Of a DNA stretch of 64,000 nucleotides, positions 20,791 through 32,700 are shown piece by piece (positions within the stretch are counted from its first letter, which is position 1; each line of letters starts with the position of its first letter). This DNA comes from Hydrolagus colliei (lineage: Eukaryota): NCBI GenBank assembly GCA_035084275.1, contig JAYJKW010000399.1:496001-560000 (forward strand). The letters run 5' to 3'. The notes under the pieces were generated by a model, which made no database searches, was not told where the DNA came from, and saw only the letters and a program-made list of their open reading frames with translations. The translations under genes were made by a program, and so were the position numbers.

Positions 20791-21170
20791 GCTGTTACTC
20801 AGCTAACACACACAGTAGCAATCTCATGAGTCCCCCATCCATCCATATCGATGGTTTTAGCTGGTGTAGAGTTATAGAGGTTAGACATACAGCCAGCAAA
20901 TCTCATCGACTTGGAAAAACGATGGAGCCAAGGTCAACTTCCGTGTTTAACATTGCTGTTAGTGCCACTAGAGACACACAGAGACACACACACAGCGTTA
21001 TGGCACCAGTGGGTGGCCATGTACAGCAACATGCCCCCATTGTCAATAGTGTCCTGAAACATTAAGAGTAATGACAGCCCTCGTGTCCACCAGCCCAAAC
21101 CCTCTCCCCATTACTGCCATCCTTTGGACAACTACACAAATCCAATCCAATAAAATTGGCTGCAACTCAC

Positions 21171-21263
21171 CATCTGGGACATGGAGAATAAGCCAGTCCT
21201 GCTTGGAACAGTAATGAACAGCGTTGCAGAGTGTGAGTGTTTTCCCACATCCTCTCTCACCAC
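21171..21263 (-). CDS. DAP3: DAP3 P-loop exon ([31 protein letters not shown])
   Basis: tttcag| ... G|gtgagt, 93 nt; Walker A GxxGxGKT. Confidence 0.92.
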
Positions 21264-21432
21264 CTGAAAGCCGAGAGGTCAAGGAAAGGACCTGGGACAT
21301 TGAGCCACATTGATGGATTCCACCTTGCACAGCGTTCCAGCGGGTTTGTTTCTTGAGGGATTATTATCAGACGTGTGGAATAAGGAAACGCTTTGGCGGG
21401 AATCGCACCCGGTTTGGAAGTGAAAAGGATAC
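21264..21432 (-). other. U12-type (minor spliceosome) GT-AG intron, 169 nt
   Basis: 5' splice site GTATCCTTTT; branch site TTTCCTTGAC (21287-21278) 14 nt before the 3' splice junction; no long polypyrimidine tract. Confidence 0.88.
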
Positions 21433-21541
21433 AGATGAGGTAGTTGTTGGCAGGGTACGAAAAACTGGCAGCTTTCAGATAACCGATGAGCTCCAGTGCT
21501 GGCTGCCTGACCATCAAATATGCCTCTCCAAACGTCCTCAC
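21433..21541 (-). CDS. DAP3: DAP3 exon ([36 protein letters not shown])
   Basis: ctgcag| ... |GTATCCTTTT (U12-type donor), 109 nt. Confidence 0.9.
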
Positions 21542-21918
21542 CTGCAGCACAACAGAGAGAATCAAATACCTCATTCACTACTGTCTGAAGCAGAGAGAAG
21601 CATCCGCACACTGAGACATAGAAGGCACGTTATTTCAGATACACGCTACACCAGCAGTGTGAAATACTGAGACACATACACACACACACACACACAGGTG
21701 TGAGGGACAGAGAAAGGTGTGTATGGTAAAGCAGAGAAGCGTTTACACAGCGAGAGACAAGAGAGGATAGTCACAGAGAGACAGATAGGATACACACAGC
21801 ATTAGATACAATCCTCACTAACAGCCGAAAACATAGACACGGGCACACCAGATATAGAGACACGCATCACACACACACGATAACGAGAGAGGCAATGGCC
21901 TGGATGTTGTGGCTGTAC

Positions 21919-22020
21919 CTGTAGCTGGAAGCGCCGTGGCAGGCCGTGAGGGAAGGTAGATTTGAGGTCACTGGGTGGGATGGTGTAGTGCAGCCCCTCG
22001 TGGAGTGGCTGGTGATGTGC
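21919..22020 (-). CDS. DAP3: DAP3 exon (AHHQPLHEGLHYTIPPSDLKSTFPHGLPRRFQLQ)
   Basis: tcgcag| ... |gtacag, 102 nt. Confidence 0.88.
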
Positions 22021-22182
22021 CTGCGAATAAACCCCGCGTTACACTATCATTTAACACCGTCACTGCACAGCGGAGCTTTCCAACCCAGAGATACACACGG
22101 TGCAGGGCGTGTCACGTGTTTTGTACGTGTGCCTGTTGGCGTTGTGTGTTGTGTGTATGCGTGTTGTGCGCGCGTTACTTAC

Positions 22183-22302
22183 TGGATCTGTTTGGCTGGT
22201 CCTGAACACAGCTCTGGGAGTTTCTATGGCTGTGTCCCTCTGAACCGCGGAATGCGCCTCCCACGAGCGGGGAATACAGTGAAGGAGACGGGCACGGCAG
22301 GC
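22183..22302 (-). CDS. DAP3: DAP3 exon (ACRARLLHCIP..ETPRAVFRTSQTDP)
   Basis: cctcag| ... |gtaagt, 120 nt. Confidence 0.8.
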
Positions 22303-22380
22303 CTGAGGGCCAACAGTAAACAGGAACATTGCCTTTGCCAACGTGTAAATGTTACATTGGATCATTGACACAGGACTCAC

Positions 22381-22428
22381 CGTTGTAGCAAACTTGGCCA
22401 TTTTCATCAGACAGTCCAGCGGCATCAT
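22381..22428 (-). CDS. DAP3: DAP3 first coding exon (MMPLDCLMKMAKFATT)
   Basis: ttgcag|GA ATG ATG ... ACG|gtgagt. Confidence 0.7.
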
Positions 22429-22689
22429 TCCTGCAACACACACAGAGGCCACTTCATTCCAGCTGCTGTGTAACTGCATTATTTACCCCCGAGACAACAC
22501 GAGTCTCCCCCCTGTCAATATACAGTGTGATGGTAACGGTGCTGTACCAAATGTCAGCATTCATCTCATTGCACGCCTGCCTCCGTTTACCTGGCAGGAG
22601 GTGGGAATCTGGTTGTTATTGGATTGAGGGATTGCTTTTGGGGGATAACGCTATTGCAACGCACTCTTTGCCGATCTCCTCTCCAGCAC

Positions 22690-23203
22690 AATCCACAAAA
22701 TCCAGCTAATACAAATCTCTGCCGCCCGCATACTCACCCGCTCTAATTTCGCTCCCAATTACCCCAGTCCTTGCACGACTTCACTGGCTCCCTTTCTAAG
22801 AGAGGATCGACTTCAAGATCCTCATACTTGTTTTAAAATCACTCCAATACATTGCACACCCCTATCTCTCTGATCTCCACTCCCCACATCACAGCACCCG
22901 CTGCCTTCGCTCCTCTGGGTCTGGCCTCCTCCATGCCCCCCGAGTCCTCCGCACCACCCTCGGCGGCCGTGCCTTTAGCCACTACGCCCCGAGGCTCTAG
23001 AACTCCTTTCCTCACTCGCTTCGCGTCGTCCCCTCTCTTCCCAGTTTCGGATCACATTTGAAGACTTTTCTCTTCGACCGAGCTTTTGGTCACCTTCCTG
23101 CCCCTGCTCCTGGCTCCGACCCGGGATCCGCTAACGTGAAGCGCTCTGAGACACCAACCGGCGTGGAGGGCGCTATGTAAATCGAAGTTGTTGTTGTTGT
23201 TGT
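22690..23203 (+). mobile_element. L2 LINE 3' end fragment with (GTT)n tail
   Basis: Similar to 24570-25300; ends aaatcgaagttgttgttgttgttgt. Confidence 0.88.
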
Positions 23204-23365
23204 AATAAAATAAAAATATTAATTTGGTAACTCAATCCACATCGCTTTGTTAGACACAGAGGACTGTGAGACATGGAGGACTGTGTGTGTCACTCTCTGT
23301 CTGTGAGTGTTTCTCACGCGATAAAGAGGACTTTTGTCTCTCTCTGTATGTATGTGACCCTGAGT

Positions 23366-23575
23366 AATAATCCTTGCATTTGATATAGCGATTTCCACGT
23401 CTTGTCAACGTCCCAAAGCGCTTCACAGAATAATCTGTAAAGTGAATTGACTGTTTACAGTTGTGGGCGAATCGCGGCAGCCAATTGCGCAGAGCAGTGT
23501 CCCTCACACAGTCGTGGGTTGAAATGACCAATTTTATTATTGTGATTTATTTTGGGAGGGATAATTATTAAAATA
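23366..23575 (-). mobile_element. Deu-domain SINE fragment (L2 tail plus Deu domain)
   Basis: atccttgcatttgatatagcg..aaagcgcttcacag..ggcagccaattgcgcagagcagtgtccc (reverse complement of the Deu core gctgtgcgcaattggctgcc). Confidence 0.75.
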
Positions 23576-23599
23576 CACGAAGAGCCAGACAGACAGAGG

Positions 23600-24090
23600 C
23601 CTGTATGAGACAGAGAGTGAGAGAGAGAGAGAGAGACAGACCTCTCTACATATATAGTCTCACACATACTCTCACAGAGACACATACACAGGCCTGACAC
23701 AAACACACCGAGACACATACACACACATATAGTCCTCTGTCTCTTTCTCTGTCACTCTCTCTCTCTCTGACACACAGGGAGAGGGAGACACACACATACA
23801 CATACAGGCCTCCGTCACACACAACTAGACATATACACACTCACAGCAACACTTGAATTCCCTCCAACCCTCTAACAAACAAATAGGGAAACACACACAT
23901 AGAGAGAGAAACGCATACACAGGGAGCGACACACACACGGAGAGACACACACGCACACACACAGGGAGACACACACACACACATAGGCAGACACACACAC
24001 ACACTGCGAAACATACAGGGAGACACACACACAGGGAGACGCACATACAGGGAGACGCACACACACACAGGGATACACACACAGAGATTC
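23600..24090. repeat. (CA)n/(GA)n-rich microsatellite block
   Basis: acacacacagggagac repeats. Confidence 0.85.
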
Positions 24091-24569
24091 ATACAATCTG
24101 TACAGTGTCAATGAATCTCAGCCAATTGCGCACTGCAGCGTCCCACAAAGAGTCACAGATTGAAATGGCTTTTTATAGTGTATATATTTTAATTGTTGCT
24201 TATTTATTGTTTCGTATTGATTCTTTAACTAATAATGATTTTAGAGTATGATTCAATCGATTAATTTTGTGAAGGAGGGATTATTAGTCATTTTGCTATG
24301 GAAACCTACCCAAGCTTACATCCTGTCTGGAATTGAACCCAGGTCTCTCGCTTGTAAGGCGATTGCTCTAGCCACTGAGCTACAGTACTGCACCAAAATA
24401 TTAATGATAATTGGATCATTGGACTTGAGGTGCAGCTCAGTCTAAATCTTATACAATGGAGGAGCAGACTTGAAGAGCTGAATGGCCAACGTCTGATTCT
24501 TTTTTTAATCAAAAGCCAGAAGTTGCATAAGAACAGATTTCCATTCACATGGCTATCACCTCCTCCACG

Positions 24570-25300
24570 TTCCCGCTCTGCCCCTAAAACTCACCGAACC
24601 TGTGCGCAAGCTTGGCATCAGATTCGACCCCCAACTGTCCTTCCTCCCCCACATCCGGTCCATCATCAGTACTGCCTTTTACGATCTCCGACGGATCGCG
24701 CGTCTCCGGCAATACCTCACCTTAAAAACAACTAAAACCCTGGTCCACGCCTTTGTCACCTCTCGGCTGGACTATTGCAACGTCCTCCTCGCCGGTCTAC
24801 CCTCCACCACAATCCACAAAATCCATCTAATCCAAAACTCTGCCGCCCGCATATTCACCCGCTCTAAGCTTCGCTCCCCCATTACCCCAGTCCTTGTCAG
24901 AATTCACTGGCTCCCTATCCCACAGAGGATCGACTTCAAGATCCTCAACCTTGTTTCCAAATCCCTCCACTCCTCTACACCCCCGGATGTCTCTGATCGC
25001 CTCTCCTTCCAACCCAGCACCCGCTGCCTTCGCTCCTCTGGGTCTGGCCTCCTCCATGCCCCCCGAATCCTCCACTCCACTCACGGCGGCCGTGCATTCA
25101 GCCACTACACCCCGAGGCTCTGGAACTCCTTTCCGCAATCCCTTCAACTCGCCCCGTCACGTCACAGTTTCAGGTCACAGCTGAAGACCTTTCGCTTCGA
25201 ACGCGCCATTGGTCACCTTTCTACCCTTAAACCTGGCTCGGTCCCAGGATCCGTAGCAGAGAGGCGTCTACGTCGCTATGTAAATCGAAGTTATTGTTGT
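24570..25300 (+). mobile_element. L2 LINE ORF2 C-terminus and 3' tail
   Basis: 238-aa ORF LGIRFDPQLSFLPHI..LVHAFVTSRLDYCNVLLAGLP..IQNSAAR..HWLPIPQRIDFK..GGRAFS..LWNSFP..FRSQLKT. Confidence 0.93.
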
Positions 25301-25974
25301 ATTCTCTTGACCCACTAATGACAATGACTATCATTAGCCGTTACCTAGATTTGCAATTCAGCCCCAGTATTAATGTTGTGCGTCACAGTAATTATATAGT
25401 AACCTTCAAGTCAAATACACCTGCCCAGCTTCGGTATAAAAAGGTGAGCTGTTGACGAAAAGTGTCCTGAAAGCTTTGCAAGGTGCTTGAAATGCACTTA
25501 CCTAAAATTAGTTTTCCAACTGTGTTAAGCTACATACCAATATCTAATTCGACGGATTGACTGCTTTTTATTTGTCAATATTTTATCAGTTTTGCAGTGC
25601 AGGATTTTTTTGTTTAAAAAAGATAGTGATTCAACATATCTAGAGATAGTAGCTGCATTTTCTGTACAATATGTAGACTTTCAAAATATTCTAGTAATAA
25701 TAATAATCCTTGCATATCACACAGCTGTTTTCACGTCTGTTGCAATCTCAAACCATTGCATATAATATACTGTACAGCGAATTGACTGTATATTTGTGGG
25801 TGATACGTGGAAGCCAATTGTGCACAGCAGTGTCTCACACACAGTCGCAGATTGAAACAAACAATTTATTACGTTTTTTTCTAAGGGATTATTGTTCCGA
25901 TTTTGATAAATTACCACATCATGGACTTGTTCGAATAATGGAACCCGAAGCTACATAGAAAGTGAGACGGAATG

Positions 25975-27240
25975 TTGACCGGTTGTTATTTACTGACTGG
26001 GGGGAAAGATAGAGTGGAGTCCGCAAGGGATCGATATTATGAACTCTGATAATTATAATATATGTAACTGACCTGTACAACAGGAATTCGATATACCAGA
26101 TTTAGGTTGACACAAATCTAAAGAAAGCAGTAAATTTAAACAGAAGTACGGGTGCATTCCAGATTGGTGAAATGGGTAGACGATGGCAGATTAAATTTAG
26201 GACGGAAAATGGAAAGTGATACATTTGGGCAGGATATACGAGGATTGTAAATATACAGCACATGGTACAATTATAAACGGATGCTACAACAAAACGAGAC
26301 TTTGGGATCCACCTGAGCGAATCAGCGAATCATCGCCTGTGGCTCAACCGGAAGCAACTTTTAACTTAACTTCCGTTGTGGGGAAGTTACTACAGTCTCT
26401 CATGTGGGACAGATTGACACACCAGACATGAACCATTCAAAGACAGCCAGAGGAATTTAAGAAATGTGGGGGTTTAGAAGACGTGAAAAGCACTATAACA
26501 TAGGTAAGGTTAAATATTATTACATATGTTGCGATTAAAGTTGAAACCTTTAACTTTAAACGAACTCTCGAAGTCGGTGGATAAGTGAGAGTCTATGTAT
26601 ATTGACTAGATGGGCTGCAGAACGGCATTTGATCAAGTGCTGGACAAGTAGTTATTTGGAGAAAAAAAATGCATGAATTGGATGTGACCTTGCAATGTAC
26701 TCAGCGATTCATTGGGAAGCAGGTAAATAATACTACCAATGAAGGGAAAGTTCTGATATGGGGAGCGCGGGACAAATGGTGTTTTCCTAGTGGTATATTG
26801 TGTGCTGGGGGGGGTAGCGGTCAGATACAAAGTGTATTACATAGATTAAATGAGTATTCAACAGTGCGAAATATGGAGTACAACGTGCAGAAATGCAAGG
26901 AAATCAACACGAGGCCAAAAATAGCAAACAAAGCATATCGTATACATGTAGGAAAAACAAGAACTGTGGAAGAGGGAAGGTATTTTGATGTTCATGTGCA
27001 CAAATCATTGCAACAAACTCACAGGTAAAGAAGGCTATTAACACGACAAATGCTATATTTTCCTGCGTCTCATGGAGGCTGCAACGTAAATGAATGTCAA
27101 TGAAACTTCAAATATGTTTAGCTCTGGTCATATCCCAACTGAAGTCTTGCGTTCATTCTTAGGCATCGCAACATATGTTGGATATATAGGCTACTGATAG
27201 CGGTTATCACAAAGTCGCCAGAAAGTTTAAAAAGTGATGC
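25975..27240 (+). mobile_element. Old, fragmented CR1 LINE RT pieces
   Basis: Degenerate SGVPQGS, W..W...F...K..VIHLG, NLTSVVGKLL and VHVHKSL motifs with many stops. Confidence 0.6.
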
Positions 27241-27339
27241 AATAAAGTACATTGTACCAGTACCTTGGAAATGAAAGCGAGACTGCAGCAGGTTGGGAAA
27301 TACATGTTAGAGAACAACTAAAACAGCATTACATTTATA

Positions 27340-28020
27340 AAACGCCAAGGCGCTGAACAGTGAAGTCGGGGCATGGGAGAACGGATGAGGGGAGTGGTGG
27401 GGGTGGGGTGTCAGGGTTGTAGGGGTAGAAGCAGGTGGAAGAAGAGTAAGAAAGTGGGGAGAGAGATGAAGAGAATATCAGGCACGGTCGAAGAGGAAGA
27501 TCTTGAGACTAGCATTCAAGGAGGAAAGGGAGGAAGCTAGGCTAAGGGATTGTAGGGTGGATTTCCAGATTGTGGCGGCAGAGAGGGTGAAAGCCCGGCC
27601 ACTGATGGTACGGTGTCTCGTGCAGGGTACATGGAGCAGGCCAGAGCATGCTGAAGGGAAGGCACGGGCAGGCTGACATGGAAACAGCAGGTTGGAGAGA
27701 AAGGTTGCGGCAAGTCTGTGAATGGGAATGAAAGGTAGGGACAGGAAGTTTGCACAAAAGCTGGGCTGTCGATCGTTATGGGTTGGTAGCCAACAAATAA
27801 GGGTGATTGTGGGAGAAATTGGGGGCAAGACAGGACACAAGCTGCCACTTTCTGCATAATCTATCACTTGTATAGTGGTGGCGTGTTTGACATGCAGCGA
27901 GTTGTTGTACTCGAGCTTACAGGTCATTAATCCGTTAATGAGAATTTCAATCGAAATTTCTGATTTTTGAATTTTTCTGACCGCTCCGTCCACTCTGCAG
28001 ACACTGGCCTGCCTCATATC
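27340..28020 (-). mobile_element. Degenerate L2 LINE 3' fragment
   Basis: ORF 27478-28017: SGLLHVP..ISGRAF..IWKS..LKIFLFDRA. Confidence 0.8.
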
Positions 28021-29796
28021 ACTGCACTGCCCACGTCATTAGCCTTTCAGACAATATGTTCCGGACTGCACTACCTGAAAGTTAGATGGCAGTAGATTAA
28101 ATAACAGCCTGCAAAAAGGAATAGGATTGGATGAAAAGGAAAGATAAAGATAGGTCTGTAAGGGTGTATGAATTGGACAAGTTGGTACGATTTTCAAAGA
28201 GGAATGGTGGAAGATTGATCTCCTAATATGCTGCAAAATTCTATCTTTCTTTTCGAAAGTTGGATAAAGAAGCGTTTCAAGTAAACAAATTTGCAATCTT
28301 GTTTCCCACATTTCCGCAACGCCAATCTCTCCGACCACATCACTCTCACACGTTGACCGGCTCCATTTGCTCCCGCATTACTCCAGAGGATCCAATTCTT
28401 GAATTGTCGTCCTCACCTTGAAGGGCATTCACAACCTTGCCCCCCTTTCTCTCCAACCTGCTGCCCCCAATGAACCTGGCTCTTCGACCGTGCCTTCTGC
28501 TCCACGATTAACTCTTCCACCTCTCCTACTCTCCTTCCCATTCCCACTACTCCGACTCTCCCAACCCACTGCTTGGTACCTCACGTGATTGTTCAGCGCC
28601 ATGGGACGTCCTGCCGACGTGCAAGCCGATCTCTAAGTGTAATTTGGTTGTTGTTTTTATCACTGCACTTGACAGTATATTCTGTGAAGCACTTGGAAAA
28701 CATGTGAAAAAGCGCTTTATCAATTACAAAGTTTAATATTATTATCTTAAATACATCAGATACTGAACCGCTTCCTTCCCTTTTCGTTAATATAATACAG
28801 GTAATGGGATACTTTGCTTCCAAAAATAAAGCTGCTACACTTTACTGTAAATAATTTGCAGTGCATTAAAACCGTGAAACCTTTTCCAAAACTTTCAAGA
28901 GTCCCAACAACATAGTGCAAGGCTAAATTGTCTGTGTTATTAGGATGCATTTTCAAATTTACGAATATATTTATAAGTAGAGAAACTTCAGAAATAATTC
29001 TTCACTTATCCATTGAATAGTTCTGCCAACCTGAGAGGAACGGATAAATCATCAACAACAACAACAACAACAAAACTTACATTTATATAGCGCCTTTCAC
29101 GTCGAAAGGACGTCCCAAGGCGCTGTACAGTTAGGTAGGACAAGAGCAGGGTGGGAAGGATCAGGTCAGGATGAAGAATAGTAGGAAAAGTAACTCTATA
29201 TTAGGGGGCGAAACATGGCAGCCAAATTGCGCACAGCAGTGTCCCACAATCAGTCACGCAAGTAGGACTAGGGGCAAAAGGGGGTAAAGAAGCAAAAGAG
29301 GAGGGGACGAGGCAGGGGGAAGAAAAGCAGGAAAGTCGACTGTATACTTGTGGGCGAAACACGGCAACCAAATTGCGCACAGCAGTGTCCCCACAAACAA
29401 TCGCGAAAATGGGGCCAGTGGAGAAAGGGGAAAAGAGGGTAAGGGGGGAGAGGGGGGGAGGGAGGGTAAGGGGGGAGATGGGGGGGTGGGAAAGGTGGGA
29501 TGGGTAGGGTTAAGGAGGAAGAGGGGGGAGAAAGGGGTGTCAGGAAGAGAGGGAGGTAATGATGGGTAGGGGCAAGATCAGGAAGAGGGAAGATCAGGAA
29601 GAGGGAAGAGGGACGGAACGGTAAAAGGGAGGAGAGAAAGTGGGGAACTTAGAACGAGTTTTCAACCACCCTCCTAAACTTTTCCCCGTCCTCCAACCCT
29701 CCTGACCCCAAACCACAGGTTCAGTGCAAATGTCCTCATAACATGAAACGCGCTGTGTAGCTGAAATTTTTAATTTTATTGTGGCTGTCTCTTTAG

Positions 29797-32700
29797 TTAT
29801 GCAACCAGTTTTCTAATCAAGCGATAAGGACAGGTCAGAACTCTGATTAGCTCTTGCCTGAATCTTTTCTGTGTACCAACATAGATGCAGGTATTGGTGG
29901 CACTGCTGCTGAGCAGCAGCATGATAGAGGATTGGAAGAGGACATATACTGGGTCATCAAAGCCAGAGTAACTGAAGTCCACAAACAACGAATATATCAC
30001 ATACACAACATATAACATCCAAAGTAAAATAAAACTTCCCGATACTGCGAAGAGCAGAACAATGCCTTTCTTGCGGCTTTCAATCTCGGCATCACTGTGA
30101 TCCGTGTTGTTCCTGACCAGCGCTCTCCGGATTCTGTTGGCAGCCACCACGTGCTTCACTGTTAGTACATTGCAGGTGAGGATGAAGACGAAGGCGAGGA
30201 AGGGAGTCAGGATGATGTCCAGCCAGTCAAACGCTATCCACTCAGCGGAGAAGTAGTACAGTTCAATTGTCTTGCAGAACCAGGCATTGTTGTTGATGGT
30301 GAACCAAGGTTCATAGGCCAGATACCAGGGGACATTGTTGATTAAACTCAGTACCCAGACCATAGCGATCACCACACCTGCAGTTCTCTCTGTACAATAA
30401 CTGCCCCTCAGCTTAGGGCTTGAAATGGTAATGGAGCGATCAATGCTGAAAGCCACAGTCAACCATGCCGAGCTGTCGATAGCAATGCACAGAAGGACTT
30501 GACGTGTTCTGCATACCACTGTGAGGTCCAAGAAACAGAGTGGGAAGAACAGGGTATTGATTCTGGTCAGAATAACATCCGTGATCACCACAGCCAGGTC
30601 AGCGAATGCCATAGCAACCAGGTAACGAGAAACACACTTGGAGAGACCGCACTGGCCGCCAGATAGAATGATAATCACTAGAAAGTTCCCTGTTAATATA
30701 GAACAATAATGATGATAATAATCCGAACGTATGATACAGTGTCTTCTCATTTCTTCAAAACATCTCAAAGCTCTTTGTAAAACATATAGCAAAGTGAGTT
30801 GATTGTATGTTACTAAATTAGTCATGTCAATCTACTACTATTTGTGAACCCTGCTAAGTACAAATGGATGCCGAATTTCACCCACAAATTATATACACAA
30901 CTCCCAGCATATTATACTCTCTGGATCACGTTTCGCGTGTAGAAGATGTGAAAAGCGCTATAGCAAATGTGTTATGATTATCATTATTATGTTGTGGGCA
31001 AACCACAGCATACAATTGTGCACGGCAGTGATTCCTAAACGGGTTTGGTTTGAAACGAACATTGTTGTGTTAAGGAATGTAGACATTGAGAAAAAGAGTG
31101 GGCATGCGACAGGCAGAGTAAAGAATAGAGAAAGAATAGAGAAAGACAGAGGGAATTATTTTAAGAGAGACAGAATGAGAGACAATTTGACACAGGGAAG
31201 TAGACGGATAATGAGAGAATGAGATAGACTGACAGAGAGTGCTAAAAGAGGGAAAGATAAAGCAATTTACACTTACGTTTAATACACAATTGCGTACAGC
31301 TGTGTTCCGCATACAGTCGTCGTTTCAATCGACTATTTTGCATTGTAGATGGAATTATTACTCTCAGAAAAATGGATCATCCAATCAACTAAAATCCATG
31401 TCTCTACACAATGCTAGGTGAAGAAATAAGGAATAAGCAAACTTGCCCAAAATTTTGCCCTTCTGGTCTGTGAAAGGCAAATGCTCTATCAGCTGAAGCC
31501 ACGGCCGCCGAGGGTGGAGCGGAGGGTTTGGGTGACATAGAGTTGTAGACACGGTGGAGCGAAGGCAGCGAGTGCTGGTTTCAGGATAGAGGAGGTCGGA
31601 AAGTTAGGGATTGCAGAGAGTGGAGGGTTTTGAAATCAATGGGGAGGATCTTGAAATCGATCCTCTCTGAGATTGGGAGTCAGTGAAGTCTGGCGAGGAC
31701 TGAGGTAACAGAGGGCCGACGTTTGGTGATGGTGACAATGCGGGCGGCATAGTTTTGAATTAGTTAGATTTGATGGATTGTGGAGGAGAGGAGACCGGCG
31801 AGGAGGACATTGGAATAGTGGAGCTAAGAGGTGACAATTACGAGGACCAGGGTTTCAGCGGCTTTTGGGGCGAGATATTGCCAGAGACGGGCGAACCGAT
31901 GAAGGTGGAATAAATATATAATCAATCTCTTCTCTTTGCTTACACCACCATTATGTTAATGTCGAATACCTGAATTACACACGAAAACCACAACACGTAA
32001 GCTAATTTACTTGAGATATTCAGAGTTGAATTTCAGTTAAATTAAAAAGCCAAATTTTAGGAACCAGGGGCTTCAGTTTTGATGAGAGATTAGCAATTCT
32101 AGGGTAATTCCAATTCGAGCAGAGAAGGTTATCGGGAAAAGCTTTGATTTATGCAGCGCACTGCACGCCCGACGGCGTCTCACAGCGCTTCACAGTAGCT
32201 GAACGCGGGCCCGAGCCAGGAGCTGGGGTAGAAATGTGTCCAAAGGCGCGGACGACGAGAAAGGTCTTATGCTGTGATCTGAAATTGGGAAGAGAGGGGG
32301 CAAAGCGAAGGCAATAAAGGAGGGAGTTCCAGTTCCTCGGCGGGGTTTAGTGCCTGAAGGCACGTCCGCCGTTGGAGCATAATATTCGGCGGACATGGAG
32401 GAGGACAGATCTGGTGGATGGAATGCAACGAGTGCTGTTTGGAGGAGAGAAGAGATCAGAGATTTGTGGAGGGGAGCAGTGGAGTGCAGGGATTGTAAAA
32501 CAAGAGTGAGGATCTTGAAGTCGATTATCTCAGATACAGGGAGCCATTGAAGTCTGTCCAGGACTGGGGTAATAGGGAAGCGAATCTTAATAGATATCCA
32601 CGAAATAATGCGAGGATTCGACAGAGTGAATAGGGAGAAACTGGTGGGTGGGTCAATTAGCAAAGGATACAAGTTTAAAACAATTGCCAAAGAGAAAAGA

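Larger units (their letters stand above)
16799..22428 (-). pseudogene. DAP3: DAP3 / MRPS29 (28S mitoribosomal protein S29), intron-containing copy with a frameshift and one truncated exon; probable unprocessed duplicated pseudogene
   Basis: Exons 22428-22381, 22302-22183, 22020-21919, 21541-21433, 21263-21171, 20373-20243, 20001-19920, 19238-19080, ~18240-18193, 17911-17822, 17251-17134, 16884-16799. They translate to recognisable DAP3 ([25 protein letters not shown]-loop [49 protein letters not shown]). +1 nt in exon 20001-19920. Confidence 0.85.

Noticed and set aside
24602-25318. 238-aa ORF as a host gene or active LINE
   Set aside because: 5'-truncated L2 ORF2 C-terminus lacking the RT core and endonuclease
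30690-30825. N-terminal 45 aa of the 342-aa GPCR ORF
   Set aside because: Intronic, SINE-tail-derived read-through; the true N-terminus is exon 35315-35213 spliced at the AG at 30691-30690
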